DNA of 61,659 bases, counting the filler. It is 7 parts of 7 records of this genome, joined end to end, with 100 filler letters (N's around TTAATTAATTAA, not from the genome) between each part and the next. Parts side by side here need not be neighbours in the genome. Positions count along the whole stretch, not along the records: positions 40,174 to 49,531 come from SRR31147125_19754; positions 49,632 to 55,113 come from SRR31147125_19755; 5 more parts are not named here. One strand, given 5' to 3'. The position numbers and the translations under genes are program-made. Position 1 is the first letter of the stretch; every line of letters begins with the position of its first letter. The notes under the pieces were generated by a model. That model saw nothing but the letters and a program-made list of their open reading frames with translations. It was not told the origin of the DNA and ran no database searches. Positions 42,249 to 53,594 of the stretch are shown here, one piece after another.

Positions 42249-45200
42249 ATGAAAAACCTAAAACCAACGCTACTACTATTATCCATCTTTCTTTTTACCC
42301 AGTTGTTTGCCCAGCAAAAGCCCGGTAAAGTAATGGAAAGCTTCGAAGATGGCATTCCTACCTATATGATTTCTAGCGGCAAAGTTTCGTTAGATACCAA
42401 ACGCATGAAATACGGCGACACTTCGCTGAAGTGGGAATGGAAAGGCAACGACAAAATAATTCTGAATACACCAATTGGCTACCTCCGCCAAAGTATTGTT
42501 ACCGACCTTTCGAAACTGGCAGACGGTCATGGAGGCTCAGCAACTAATCCTGTTTTGGCACCACCACGCGGTTTCTTTGTGTACATCTACAACGAAAAAG
42601 CTTCGGAACAGCGCATTCGTTTTCAGTTTGGGCGCGATGATGTTGTGGATTGCGAATTCGATTTCAACCTAAATTTTAAAGGCTGGCGAACCTGTGCCGT
42701 TGGTTACGACCGTGGCGATATGCGCGGCACTCCACGCGAAGACATGAACCGTGTTACAATTAACGCTCCCGCAACCGGTTCAGGTACTTTCTTTTTAGAT
42801 ATGCTGGGAACATCGATTACCATGAATCCGCGTACAGTAAATGCCAATCCACAATTGCCCGAAATCGACCGTCACCCACGTTTGGTAGCACAGTATCCAC
42901 ACCTTATTTACGAGTTTAGCAAATACCGCCCAACTTTTAATATGGAACCTTTAAGCGATAAAACAAAGGCCGACTTCAGAAAAATTGAAGCCAATGTTGA
43001 AACGATTTATTTTCCGGATTACGAAATGCAAAAAATAAGCGACGATAAATTTGAGAAGATTAAAAAGGCTTTCGACAAATTTGAAATTGTACGCGAGGGT
43101 GACAATATTTATGGGCGTCCGTTAATTTACAACCGCATTATTGGCGATTATTTTACTGAACTTCCGGGTAGCAACGATGAAAAATTTGAAGGTATTCAAA
43201 AGTGGCGACCTGAATTTGGAAGCACATTGCTTGACATTGCCAAATTGTATAGCGTTACAAAATCGGAGCAACTGAAAAGTGAGCTGGAAACCATGTTTAT
43301 CGACTTGTTTGATTATGCCGTTGACCAGGGATTTGATTACGGCGAAGGTTTGGGCTGGATTCACCACTATTCGTACATAATACGCGAACACGCGCCGGCT
43401 TTTTACCTGATGCGCGATGTGCTGAAAAAACACGACAAACTGGAAAAAGCCATTGAAGTTAGCAAATGGTTTTATGGTTTCAATAAGGTTTACAACGAAG
43501 AGTATGTGTATGAAGTAAAAGGCCGCAAAGCAGGAAATGCCGATGAAATTCAGGGTTTTCTGATGCCCAAATTACTGTGCGCTTTAATGATGGAAGATTC
43601 GCCCGAAAAAGCCCGCGACATAAAACATTACAGTTCGTATTATTCGAATGTTTTTACGGCTTATGCCAATGCTTTGAACGAAACCTACAAACCCGACGGA
43701 ACTTTCTTCCATCACGCCGGGCATGCCTTTGGTTATGGCGGACGGGCTGTTTATGGAGGAGTTGCTGCAGGATATTTGCTTTCGGGAACTCAATATTCTG
43801 CTACAAAAGAGTCGTTCCAACGTATGCGAAAGGTAACTACAAAACTAATGACCTGCCTGTTTACCGATAAGCTGATGTCGCCAAAAGCTTTTGCCAGCAT
43901 ACGTTTTGGCAACTACGATTTGCCCACTCAGTTTTACTGTATTCCGGCTGTTTTGGCTTGCTCTGCCGAAAAATTTGACAATGAATTGGGAGCGCTATAT
44001 AAAAATCTTATTTCGAAATATTCGGGAGAAGCACAGCCCGACCACGATTTCTGGATGAAAGAGGTGGATGCAAAAATGAAGTCTGCCGAAAAGTATTCTT
44101 ATCCTGAAATCATCCAACTTCCTTACTCGTGTGTTACTGTAAAACGTAATGCCGACGACTGGATGATTGCCTTGCGTACCCATTCGAAATATGTGTATCC
44201 CTTCGAAAGTTGGGGCAAAAATTACTTCGGTTTTCCGCTGTTTGTTGCAAACGGCTATATCGATGTTTCGTATCCAGAAAGTTTAGACAGCCAGACTCCC
44301 GAAAAGGAAACCTGGCACGAAGGTTACGATTTCCACCGTTGGCCGGGAGTTACAAGTGTTCGTTTGCCCTACGATAAAATGTTAACCGACCCGGGACAAG
44401 TGCGCGACGAAGGTGGTGAATACCTTTTCAGCGACCAGGCTTTTGCCGGAGGTGTTGAATCGACTGACGGTTGCGCGGTTAGTGCTTTCCAGTTTAAAGG
44501 GCACGACAAATTTGGCATTGAAGGATTTACAGGCAAAAAATCGTATTTCTTTTTCAACGATAAAGTGCTTTGCCTGGGAACAAATATTTGCAGTGATTTG
44601 CAAGATTACGATGTTGAAACCACTCTTTTTCAAACAGCATTAAACGATAAATCGGAAGCAATACTAACTTCTGCCAATGGTTCGGTTACAGAATTTCCGT
44701 TTGAAAAAAAAGCCAAAAACAGCTGGGTAATCGACAACCGCGGCACAGGTTTCCTTACTTTAGACAACACGGAAATTAACATCGCTAAATCGACACAAAC
44801 CAATCCGCAATTTCAAAATAAAGGAGAGGTTTCGGGAGATTTTGCAAGCGCATGGATTAACCACGGAAAGTCGCCTGAAAATGCTTCGTACCAATATGTT
44901 TTAATGGCCGATGCAACTCCTGAAAAAATGGAAACATTTACGACGCACATGAAAAGAAAAAACCTGCCGTTGAGATTATTCAGAAGGATGAAAAAGCGCA
45001 CGTAGTGAAAATAAACGAAACCGGTTCTATGGCTTACGCGGTTTATAACAAAGAAGGACAGTCGTTTACAAAAGGCGATGTACTTTCAGTGAATAAACAG
45101 TCTACATTTATTGCGAAAACTGAAAACGGCAAAATCAGGCTTTCAGTGGCCGATCCCGATTTGAATATTTACGACGGTCAAGACGACTTGCTTCCCGACG

Positions 45201-45436
45201 GAACGCGCACTGAACTTTCGGTGTACGAACGCGAGTGGTTTTGCTGGCCCAGCCGCCCAAGCAAAGTACGAATTACAATAAAAGGCCGGTGGCAAATTGA
45301 AAAGCAGGTAAAAGAAATGGAAACTGCTGAAATTAAAAATGCCAAAATCCTTTCTTCGGATAAAAACCAAACTGTTATTGAGTTTGAATGTAAGGATGGA
45401 TTGAGTGCTGAAGTACTTTTGGTGGAACCACATTAG
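42249..45436 (+). CDS. Chondroitinase ABC-like polysaccharide lyase (PL8); frameshift at about 44957
   Basis: Signal peptide; LNFKGWR, KPDGTFFHH...Y, WPGVT, KKSYFFF, AWINHG, SVADPDL; adding one A fuses 42249..45005 with 45005..45436 via KPAVEIIQKDEKAHVV. Confidence 0.85.
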
Positions 45437-45477
45437 GCACATTAGGGCACAATAGTTTTTATTATTACTCATTTACT

Positions 45478-45525
45478 GAGAGACCCGTTCTGTATATGTT
45501 GTAACAAACACAGAACGGGTCTCTT
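45478..45525. repeat. Long hairpin repeat, copy 1 (also a possible terminator)
   Basis: GAGACCCGTTCTGT-N16-ACAGAACGGGTCTC; second inverted copy at 49480. Confidence 0.7.
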
Positions 45526-45550
45526 ATTTTTCCCGGTTCTTTTATTTTCC

Positions 45551-45607
45551 GGGTGATGCGGTTTCCCATACGCATCTTTTTTCGGCGGATCGGAATCCGC
45601 CGCACCC
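45551..45607. repeat. Inverted pair of REP-like palindromes
   Basis: GGGTGATGCGGTTTCCCATACGCA versus reverse complement GGGTGCGGCGGATTCCGATCCGCC. Confidence 0.55.
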
Positions 45608-45661
45608 AGCTCCCTGCAGTTTTTGAAACTATATTTACCATAAAAATACGAATTTTAAGTT

Positions 45662-45862
45662 AACTTTTATAAAACTTCCGGAAATGGAGTTCTGGTATAT
45701 CTTACGGCACATTCGGGCAATTTGTCAACCGGACTGTCAAGAGTTGAAGATGCGGGAGGGAAAATTCTTCAGGACAAAACGCAAATATCGGCAGAGCATG
45801 GCTACATGGCCTTGCTGACAGACAGCGAGGGAAATCAAATAGCTATACATTCTGTCGGTTAG
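45662..45862 (+). pseudogene. C-terminal remnant of a VOC/glyoxalase family gene
   Basis: FYKTSGNGVLVYLTAHSG...RVEDAGGKIL..KTQISAEHGYMALLTDSEGNQIAIHS; in-frame TAA at 45656 and no start codon before the conserved part. Confidence 0.7.
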
Positions 45863-45954
45863 TTCAATTTTTTACCTTAAAAAGTCTTAACTTACCCCTT
45901 AAAATTTCAGGCACATCGCCTGAAAGCAATATTAACGTTTATCAAGTTACCATC

Positions 45955-48900
45955 ATGATTAAAAAGTATTTGCCAACACTAGTATTTTTTCTCATTTTCA
46001 TCTCAGTAAGCAGTTTTGCACAACAAGAGCCGCTTTGGCTTCGATATCCGGCAATATCGCCAAATGGTGAAACGATATTGTTTAATTACAAAGGTGACAT
46101 ATACAAAGTCTCGGCCGCAGGAGGAGACGCAATACCAATTACACTAAGTGACAGTTACGAATATTCAGCCGTTTGGAGCAACGACGGAAAACACATTGCC
46201 TTTGCGTCTGACCGCCATGGTAATTTCGATGTATTTGTTGTTCCTGCAGAAGGCGGAGAGGCCAAAAGGTTGACCTTCCATTCGACCAACGAAAAACCGA
46301 GTAGTTTCAGCACCGACAATCAGAATATCATTTTTTCAGGTATCAGGCAAGATTTACACACAAATGTACAGTTTCCAACCGGTGTAATGCCCGAACTCTA
46401 TTCAGTTCCTTTTTCAGGAGGACGGGTAAAACAAGTGCTTACAACTCCTGCTCATGATGCCACATTCAGCAGCGACGGCACAAAACTTATTTTTCACGAC
46501 CAGAAAGGGTATGAAAATGATTGGCGAAAGCACCACAAATCTTCCGTTACACGCGATATTTGGCTTTATGACTTGGTAACAAAAGAATACAAACAACTTT
46601 CTCAATTTGAAGGAGAAGACAGAAATCCGGTATTTGCTCCGAACAACAACGACTTTTATTATCTCTCGGAAGAAACCGGTTCATTCAATATCCACAAAAG
46701 TTCGCTCAGTAGTCCTGCACAGAATGAAGCAATAACCTCATTAAAGAATCATCCTGTTCGGTTTTTAACAAGGTCTAAAAACAATACGTTGTGTTTTAGT
46801 TATCACGGTGAAATTTATACGATGAAGGAAGGTAGCGCGCCACAAAAAGTGAAAGTGCAGGTTAACTATGACGGGCGTGGAACCTTAAGCAAAGTAATTC
46901 CTGTAAATAAAGGATTCACGGAATCCAGTCTTTCATATAACGGGAAAGAGTTTGCCTACATTTTTAGAGGAGAAATATTCGTAAGCAGCATTGAACACGG
47001 AACAACTAAAAGGATAACAAATACATCGCGACAAGAACGAAGTGTTAGTTTTAGCCCAGATGGAAAATCTCTAATTTATGCAGCAGAAACCGACAGCAGC
47101 TGGAATCTGTATAGCAAATCAATTGTACGCGATGAAGAACCCTATTTTTTCACTTCAACTATTTTGAAAGAAAAAACAATTCTGGCTACCATAAACGAAG
47201 AATTCCAACCTCGCTATTCACCCGATGGGAAAGAGATAGCTTATCTCGAAAATCGTACGACCTTAAAAGTTTTAAACCTGGCTTCGAACAAAACAAGGAC
47301 GGTTCTACCTGCAGAACACAATTATTCATACGCCGATGGAGATCAGTATTTTCAGTGGTCGCCCGACAGCAAATGGCTTTTAGTAAAATTTGGTCCGAAA
47401 CAAGATATTTTTCAAAATGAAGTAGGATTAGTTAAAGCTGATGGCTCAGAAGAAGTAAAAAACCTTACAAAAAGTGGCTACGGCGACTATCATCCGCAAT
47501 GGGAGCTGGATGGGAAAATGATGATTTGGCTATCGACAAAATATGGAAAAAAAGGAGAAAATGGAAGAATCAGCACCGGCGATGTTTACGCAATGTTCTT
47601 CACCCAGGAAGCGTTCGACGAATTTAAACTTTCGAAAGAAGAAGCAGAGCTAAAAAAGGAGTTGGAGAAAGATAAAAAGAAAGATGCTAACAAAGACGAC
47701 GATAAAAAAGAGAAGGGCAAGAAGGATGAAGATAAGGATGAGGACAAAAAAGAAGACAAAGTTGAGGACCTGAAATTTGACTGGAAAAATCTGACTGACA
47801 GAAAAATAAAGCTAACCGTTCACACCTCGTCTATTGGCGATGCATCACTGTCGAAAGAGGGAGATAAACTTTTTTACCTAACCCGGTTTGAGGGGAAAAG
47901 TAACCTTTGGACTACCGATTTAAAAACCAAAGAGACCAAACTCTTCACAAAACTAAATGCGGGAAGAGCAGGCATGGAATTGTCGAAAGATGGAAAATTT
48001 ATCTTTGTTCTTGCCGATGGAAAACCGATGAAAGTAGATATTAAAGATGGAAAGAGTAAATCTATTGCCACCAAAGGCGAGATGGTGCTACAACAAGATA
48101 AAGAAAGAGAATACATTTTTAAACACAGTTGGCGGCAAGTAAGGGAAAAATTTTATGTGGAAGACTTACAAGGTGTTGACTGGGACTTCTACTATTCGGA
48201 ATATGAAAAGTTTTTACCTTTTATAAATAATAATTACGATTTTGCTGAATTCCTAAGTGAAATACTTGGCGAGCTAAACGCCTCCCATACAGGCGGAAGG
48301 TACCGACATATTTCGGAAGGTGGGGATCAAACTTCCGCGCTCGGGGTACTGTACGACTATTTGCACACTGGCAACGGACTTAAAATTGCTGAGGTTATTA
48401 AAGGAGGTCCGTTAAACAAGGCCGCATCGAAGGTGAAAGAAGGCGATATTATTGAAAAAATTGATGGTAAAGAATTGAGTACATCGGTCGATTTTTATGC
48501 ATTCTTAAACAGAAAATTGAAAAAGAATACATTGCTCAATATGCACCGTCCGTCTTCAGGTGAAAAATGGCAAGAAGTTGTTAAACCGGTTTCACTTGGC
48601 GAAGAGTACCAACTATTATATAAACGCTGGGTAGAAACAAGGCGCGAGGAAGTTATTCGTCTCTCAGAAGGAAGACTAGGCTATGTACATGTAAGGAGCA
48701 TGAATGATGAAAGTATGAGAACCGTTTTCGAAGATGCACTGGGAAAACACATTTCGGCCGAAGCACTTGTGGTTGACACACGGTTTAACGGTGGAGGAAA
48801 CCTACACGATATTTTGTCTGACTTTTTAAATGGGAAAAAATACATGGACATTATTCCACACGGCCAATACATTGGCTCTCAACCGGGCGACAAATGGATC

Positions 48901-49215
48901 AAACCGTCGATAGTAATTATGGGAGAAAGCAACTATTCTGATGCCCACCTTTTTCCTGTTGCATATAAAATTAAAAAAATTGGAAAAAACTTAGGAATGC
49001 CCGTACCTGGAACCGGCACATTTGTGTGGTGGGAAACACAGATTGATCCTTCAATAGTTTTTGGAATCCCAATGGGTGGGTGGAAACCTCTGGATGGACC
49101 ATTCCTTGAGAACAACCAGCTAGAACCAGACATTAAAGTTCAAAATGAACCGGGCAAAATGGCTTCGGGCAGCGACCAACAACTGGAAGCGGCTGTAAAA
49201 GAATTATTAAAATAA
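45955..49215 (+). CDS. Tricorn-like S41 family peptidase (PD40/beta-propellers, PDZ, catalytic domain)
   Basis: WLRYPAISP.G, repeated SPDG, GELNASH, GYVH, DTRFNGGG, SNYSDAH, PD. Confidence 0.9.
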   Translation: MIKKYLPTLVFFLIFISVSSFAQQEPLWLRYPAISPNGETILFNYKGDIYKVSAAGGDAIPITLSDSYEYSAVWSNDGKHIAFASDRHGNFDVFVVPAEGGEAKRLTFHSTNEKPSSFSTDNQNIIFSGIRQDLHTNVQFPTGVMPELYSVPFSGGRVKQVLTTPAHDATFSSDGTKLIFHDQKGYENDWRKHHKSSVTRDIWLYDLVTKEYKQLSQFEGEDRNPVFAPNNNDFYYLSEETGSFNIHKSSLSSPAQNEAITSLKNHPVRFLTRSKNNTLCFSYHGEIYTMKEGSAPQKVKVQVNYDGRGTLSKVIPVNKGFTESSLSYNGKEFAYIFRGEIFVSSIEHGTTKRITNTSRQERSVSFSPDGKSLIYAAETDSSWNLYSKSIVRDEEPYFFTSTILKEKTILATINEEFQPRYSPDGKEIAYLENRTTLKVLNLASNKTRTVLPAEHNYSYADGDQYFQWSPDSKWLLVKFGPKQDIFQNEVGLVKADGSEEVKNLTKSGYGDYHPQWELDGKMMIWLSTKYGKKGENGRISTGDVYAMFFTQEAFDEFKLSKEEAELKKELEKDKKKDANKDDDKKEKGKKDEDKDEDKKEDKVEDLKFDWKNLTDRKIKLTVHTSSIGDASLSKEGDKLFYLTRFEGKSNLWTTDLKTKETKLFTKLNAGRAGMELSKDGKFIFVLADGKPMKVDIKDGKSKSIATKGEMVLQQDKEREYIFKHSWRQVREKFYVEDLQGVDWDFYYSEYEKFLPFINNNYDFAEFLSEILGELNASHTGGRYRHISEGGDQTSALGVLYDYLHTGNGLKIAEVIKGGPLNKAASKVKEGDIIEKIDGKELSTSVDFYAFLNRKLKKNTLLNMHRPSSGEKWQEVVKPVSLGEEYQLLYKRWVETRREEVIRLSEGRLGYVHVRSMNDESMRTVFEDALGKHISAEALVVDTRFNGGGNLHDILSDFLNGKKYMDIIPHGQYIGSQPGDKWIKPSIVIMGESNYSDAHLFPVAYKIKKIGKNLGMPVPGTGTFVWWETQIDPSIVFGIPMGGWKPLDGPFLENNQLEPDIKVQNEPGKMASGSDQQLEAAVKELLK

Positions 49216-49264
49216 ATCAGGGCTTTTTGTTAACTTAAGTTCAGGTGATAACAATCTTTAAAAC

Positions 49265-49332
49265 ACGTTTGGATTGAGGGGTAATTTTAAATCGGTTATC
49301 AAGCCGGTGCCCCATAATCCAAACGTTTTTTT
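49265..49332 (+). terminator. Long hairpin with T-tract after the S41 gene
   Basis: ACGTTTGGATTGAGGGG...CCCCATAATCCAAACGT followed by a T-run. Confidence 0.55.
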
Positions 49333-49368
49333 GCCGCTGCATAAAAGCCATATATTTTCTTTTTCTCA

Positions 49369-49465
49369 GCTAGCACAGATTTATAATCCGTGCTCCACTT
49401 ATAAAACCGGCAATTAAAAACCGTATTGCCTGCAGCAATGGCACAGATTGCAAATCTGCATCAGC
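49369..49465. repeat. Inverted pair of 26-bp REP-like palindromes with a 45-bp spacer
   Basis: GCTAGCACAGATTTATAATCCGTGCT versus reverse complement GCTGATGCAGATTTGCAATCTGTGCC. Confidence 0.6.
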
Positions 49466-49479
49466 AGAACTTGGAATAG

Positions 49480-49525
49480 AGAGAACCGTTCTGTTTTAGA
49501 CGAAACATATACAGAACGGTTCTTT
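49480..49525. repeat. Long hairpin repeat, copy 2 (inverted relative to copy 1)
   Basis: AGAACCGTTCTGT-N16-ACAGAACGGTTCT; its reverse complement shares CCGTTCTGTATATGTT with copy 1. Confidence 0.7.
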
Positions 49526-49531
49526 TATTTT

Positions 49532-49631
49532 NNNNNNNNNNNNNNNNNNNNNNNNNNNNNNNNNNNNNNNNNNNNTTAATTAATTAANNNNNNNNNNNNN
49601 NNNNNNNNNNNNNNNNNNNNNNNNNNNNNNN
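49532..49631. other. Artificial contig linker
   Basis: N44-TTAATTAATTAA-N44. Confidence 0.98.
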
Positions 49632-50649
49632 AAAGAAGACACAGCAAGTTGCGGTGGTAGCACCCCTCAAACCACCGGCGCCTCCTGCACCTCCGGAATC
49701 ACCTGTACAGTCTCCGAAGCAGACGGCCATCGTCTCCGACACGTCTGGAAACCGGGCAGAACCAGTGACACCGGCAACCCGACCGGAAGCACACATACAA
49801 CGGGCTCCAGTCCTGTCCGTGCCCGAGAATGTCGAAGCGGACAGGGGGGCTGTCGTCATCCTGCGCGATACCCGCAAGGTTGCTCCCCCTGTCGTTGCCC
49901 GGTTGGAACCTGCCCCTCCCGCTGACGCCCCTGGGGAGCAACTCTCCCTCGCCCAGCAGCTTGGTCTCGGCATCCGAACCATCGTCATCGACCCGGGTCA
50001 CGGCGGCAAGGACCCGGGAGCAATCGCCTATGGCCTCAAGGAGAAGGATATCGTTTTGAAAACCGGCAGGATGCTGGCCGGCCATCTCCGCACAAAGCTC
50101 GGTGCAGAGGTCATTCTGACCCGTCAAGACGACAGCTTCCTTCCACTCGAAGAACGCACCGCGATCGCCAACACCAATTCTGCCGACCTGTTCATCTCCC
50201 TGCATATCAACGCACACCCGTTGCCCGATATCAAGGGATTCGAAACCTACTTCCTGAACCTGACAACCAACGCCGAAGCAATGAGGGTAGCGGCGCGGGA
50301 AAACGCGACATCGACTCATCAGCTCAGTGACCTGCAGGATATCCTGTCCGACATCATGAAAAACTCCAAGATCAACGAGTCATCCCGGCTTGCGGATCTG
50401 GTTCACACGAGCATCGGTTCGGGTCTCGCCGATTCCCACTTCCCCCATAAAGACATGGGCGTAAAGCAGGCCCCCTTCTATGTGCTGATCGGTGCCGAAA
50501 TGCCGGCGATCCTGATTGAGATCGCATTTATCAGCAACCCTGAAGATGCCGCAATGCTGGGCAACGACGACTTCATCAACCAGCTCGCCAACCAGATCGC
50601 GGAAGGTATCAGCCGCTACGCCAATACGAATGTAGCGTCTAGATTATAG
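49632..50649 (+). CDS. N-acetylmuramoyl-L-alanine amidase (Amidase_3, AmiC-like), 5' truncated
   Basis: IDPGHGGKDPGA, EK, LTR.DD, SLHINA, LIEIAFISN; Pro-rich linker; frame open to the contig edge. Confidence 0.9.
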
Positions 50650-50731
50650 TTTCGACAACTATCCTCCTGGCGGCCATAGCGACTATGTCGGCGGTCTCTT
50701 TGTAGAACCACCCCAAAAGATTGAGTCATCC

Positions 50732-50774
50732 AAAAAAAAAAGCGGCCATCCCCTGTAAAGGGGATAGCCGCTTT
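50732..50774 (-). terminator. Intrinsic terminator of the atp operon
   Basis: AAAGCGGCCATCCCCT-GTAA-AGGGGATAGCCGCTTT with a long A-run (U-tract on the minus strand). Confidence 0.85.
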
Positions 50775-50794
50775 ATATTGAACCAGAGCTGCGG

Positions 50795-51208
50795 TTACTT
50801 GAAATCGGCAGCCCTCAACCGTATGATCGCACGCTGCAGAGACGCTTCTGCCCTCGCAACGTTGATAGACTCGTCGTGCGAGGCAGCCTGGGCGAGCCGT
50901 TTTTCGGCACGTTCCTTCGCTTTCATCGCACGATCCACGTCGATCTGGTGACCAAAGTCCGCACTCTCCACCAGAAAGGTAATTTTATTATTGGAGACCT
51001 CGCAAAAACCGCCGCTCACCATGAGATGCTGGCGTTTCTTGCCTGTTTCGTATGACAAAATACCTGTCTTTATGGTTGAGAGGAACGGGGCGTGATTAGC
51101 CAGAACACCGAAGTCACCTCCGTAACCGGGTGCGTTGACAATGTCAACGTCCTCACTGACCACCGCACCGCTGGGGGTTACCACTTCCAATGCAATCTGC
51201 TGTGCCAT
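50795..51208 (-). CDS. atpC: F1 ATP synthase epsilon subunit
   Basis: [20 protein letters not shown]. Confidence 0.95.
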   Translation of the reverse strand: MAQQIALEVVTPSGAVVSEDVDIVNAPGYGGDFGVLANHAPFLSTIKTGILSYETGKKRQHLMVSGGFCEVSNNKITFLVESADFGHQIDVDRAMKAKERAEKRLAQAASHDESINVARAEASLQRAIIRLRAADFK

Positions 51209-51241
51209 TTATTCTACCTCTCGTCTGGAGTACTACAGCGC

Positions 51242-52654
<1,413 letters not shown>

Positions 52655-52697
52655 TTACCCCTCCTAGGTTTGAGATTATATCAGTAATGTCAATTTA

Positions 52698-53579
52698 TTA
52701 TTTAAGGGCTTCGGCACCGCTGACGATATCCAAAAGCTCTGCGGTAATCGCAGCCTGGCGCGCCTTGTTGTACAGGATCGTCAGATCCGAAATCATATCG
52801 TTACAGGCGCTGGTAGCTGCGTCCATAGCTGTCATCCGTGCTGCGTGTTCACTGGCGCCGACCTCGAGCATCGCGTGATAGATCATCACGTTGAGGTACA
52901 GGGGCTGCAGAACATCCATGATGTCTTCAGCTGACGGCTCGTAAATGTACTCGCCTGATATCTTGGCCTCAGGCTCCTCACCCGCTTCCGCCTCAACCGG
53001 CTGAACAGGGAGGAAGTCTTTGACAGCTGGCCGCTGGATGGCTACCGACCGAAATTCACCGTACAGGACTTCAACTTTATCGGATCCGCCTTCGGCAACA
53101 AAGTATTGGGAAACCTCGGTCGCAATCTCTCGGGCATTGAACATCTGGAAAGTACCCATTATGTCGCCGTAGGTTTTTCTGACTTTCCCGGACTTCTTCA
53201 ACAGCTGAAAACCTTTTTTACCGACACACACGAAACTGACTGTTTTCCCTTCAGCTTCATACTCCTTCATCTTCTGCTCGGCGAGCTTGACGATGTTGGA
53301 GTTGAATGATCCGCACAGGCCACGGTCTGAAGTGACAACAACCAGCTCCACCGAGTTGACGTCCCGCTTTTCCATAAGCGGATAACTGCCCCCGGTGCTT
53401 GCGCGACCTGACAGATTCGACATCGCCTCGTTGAACTTGGAGGTGTATGGCCTGAAGGCCTCCATCTTGTCCTGGGCACCACGCAGTTTCGCGGACGCCA
53501 CCATGTTCATGGCTTTCGTGATCTGAGCGGTCTTCTTGACACCGACGATCTTTGTCTGGACTTCTTTTAAGCTCGGCAT
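52698..53579 (-). CDS. atpG: F1 ATP synthase gamma subunit
   Basis: ITKAM.MVA, SDRGLCG, SEHAARM, YNKARQAAIT.EL. Confidence 0.97.
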   Translation of the reverse strand: MPSLKEVQTKIVGVKKTAQITKAMNMVASAKLRGAQDKMEAFRPYTSKFNEAMSNLSGRASTGGSYPLMEKRDVNSVELVVVTSDRGLCGSFNSNIVKLAEQKMKEYEAEGKTVSFVCVGKKGFQLLKKSGKVRKTYGDIMGTFQMFNAREIATEVSQYFVAEGGSDKVEVLYGEFRSVAIQRPAVKDFLPVQPVEAEAGEEPEAKISGEYIYEPSAEDIMDVLQPLYLNVMIYHAMLEVGASEHAARMTAMDAATSACNDMISDLTILYNKARQAAITAELLDIVSGAEALK

Positions 53580-53594
53580 AACTGGACCTTTCCC

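Noticed and set aside
44950..45010. The lyase as two genes, or IS1-like A_AAA_AAC recoding
   Set aside because: The split falls inside a normally contiguous PL8 C-terminal domain; a homopolymer error is the simpler explanation
47640..47770. K/D/E-rich low-complexity stretch in the S41 protease as a tandem repeat
   Set aside because: A charged linker typical of tricorn-like proteases; no regular DNA period
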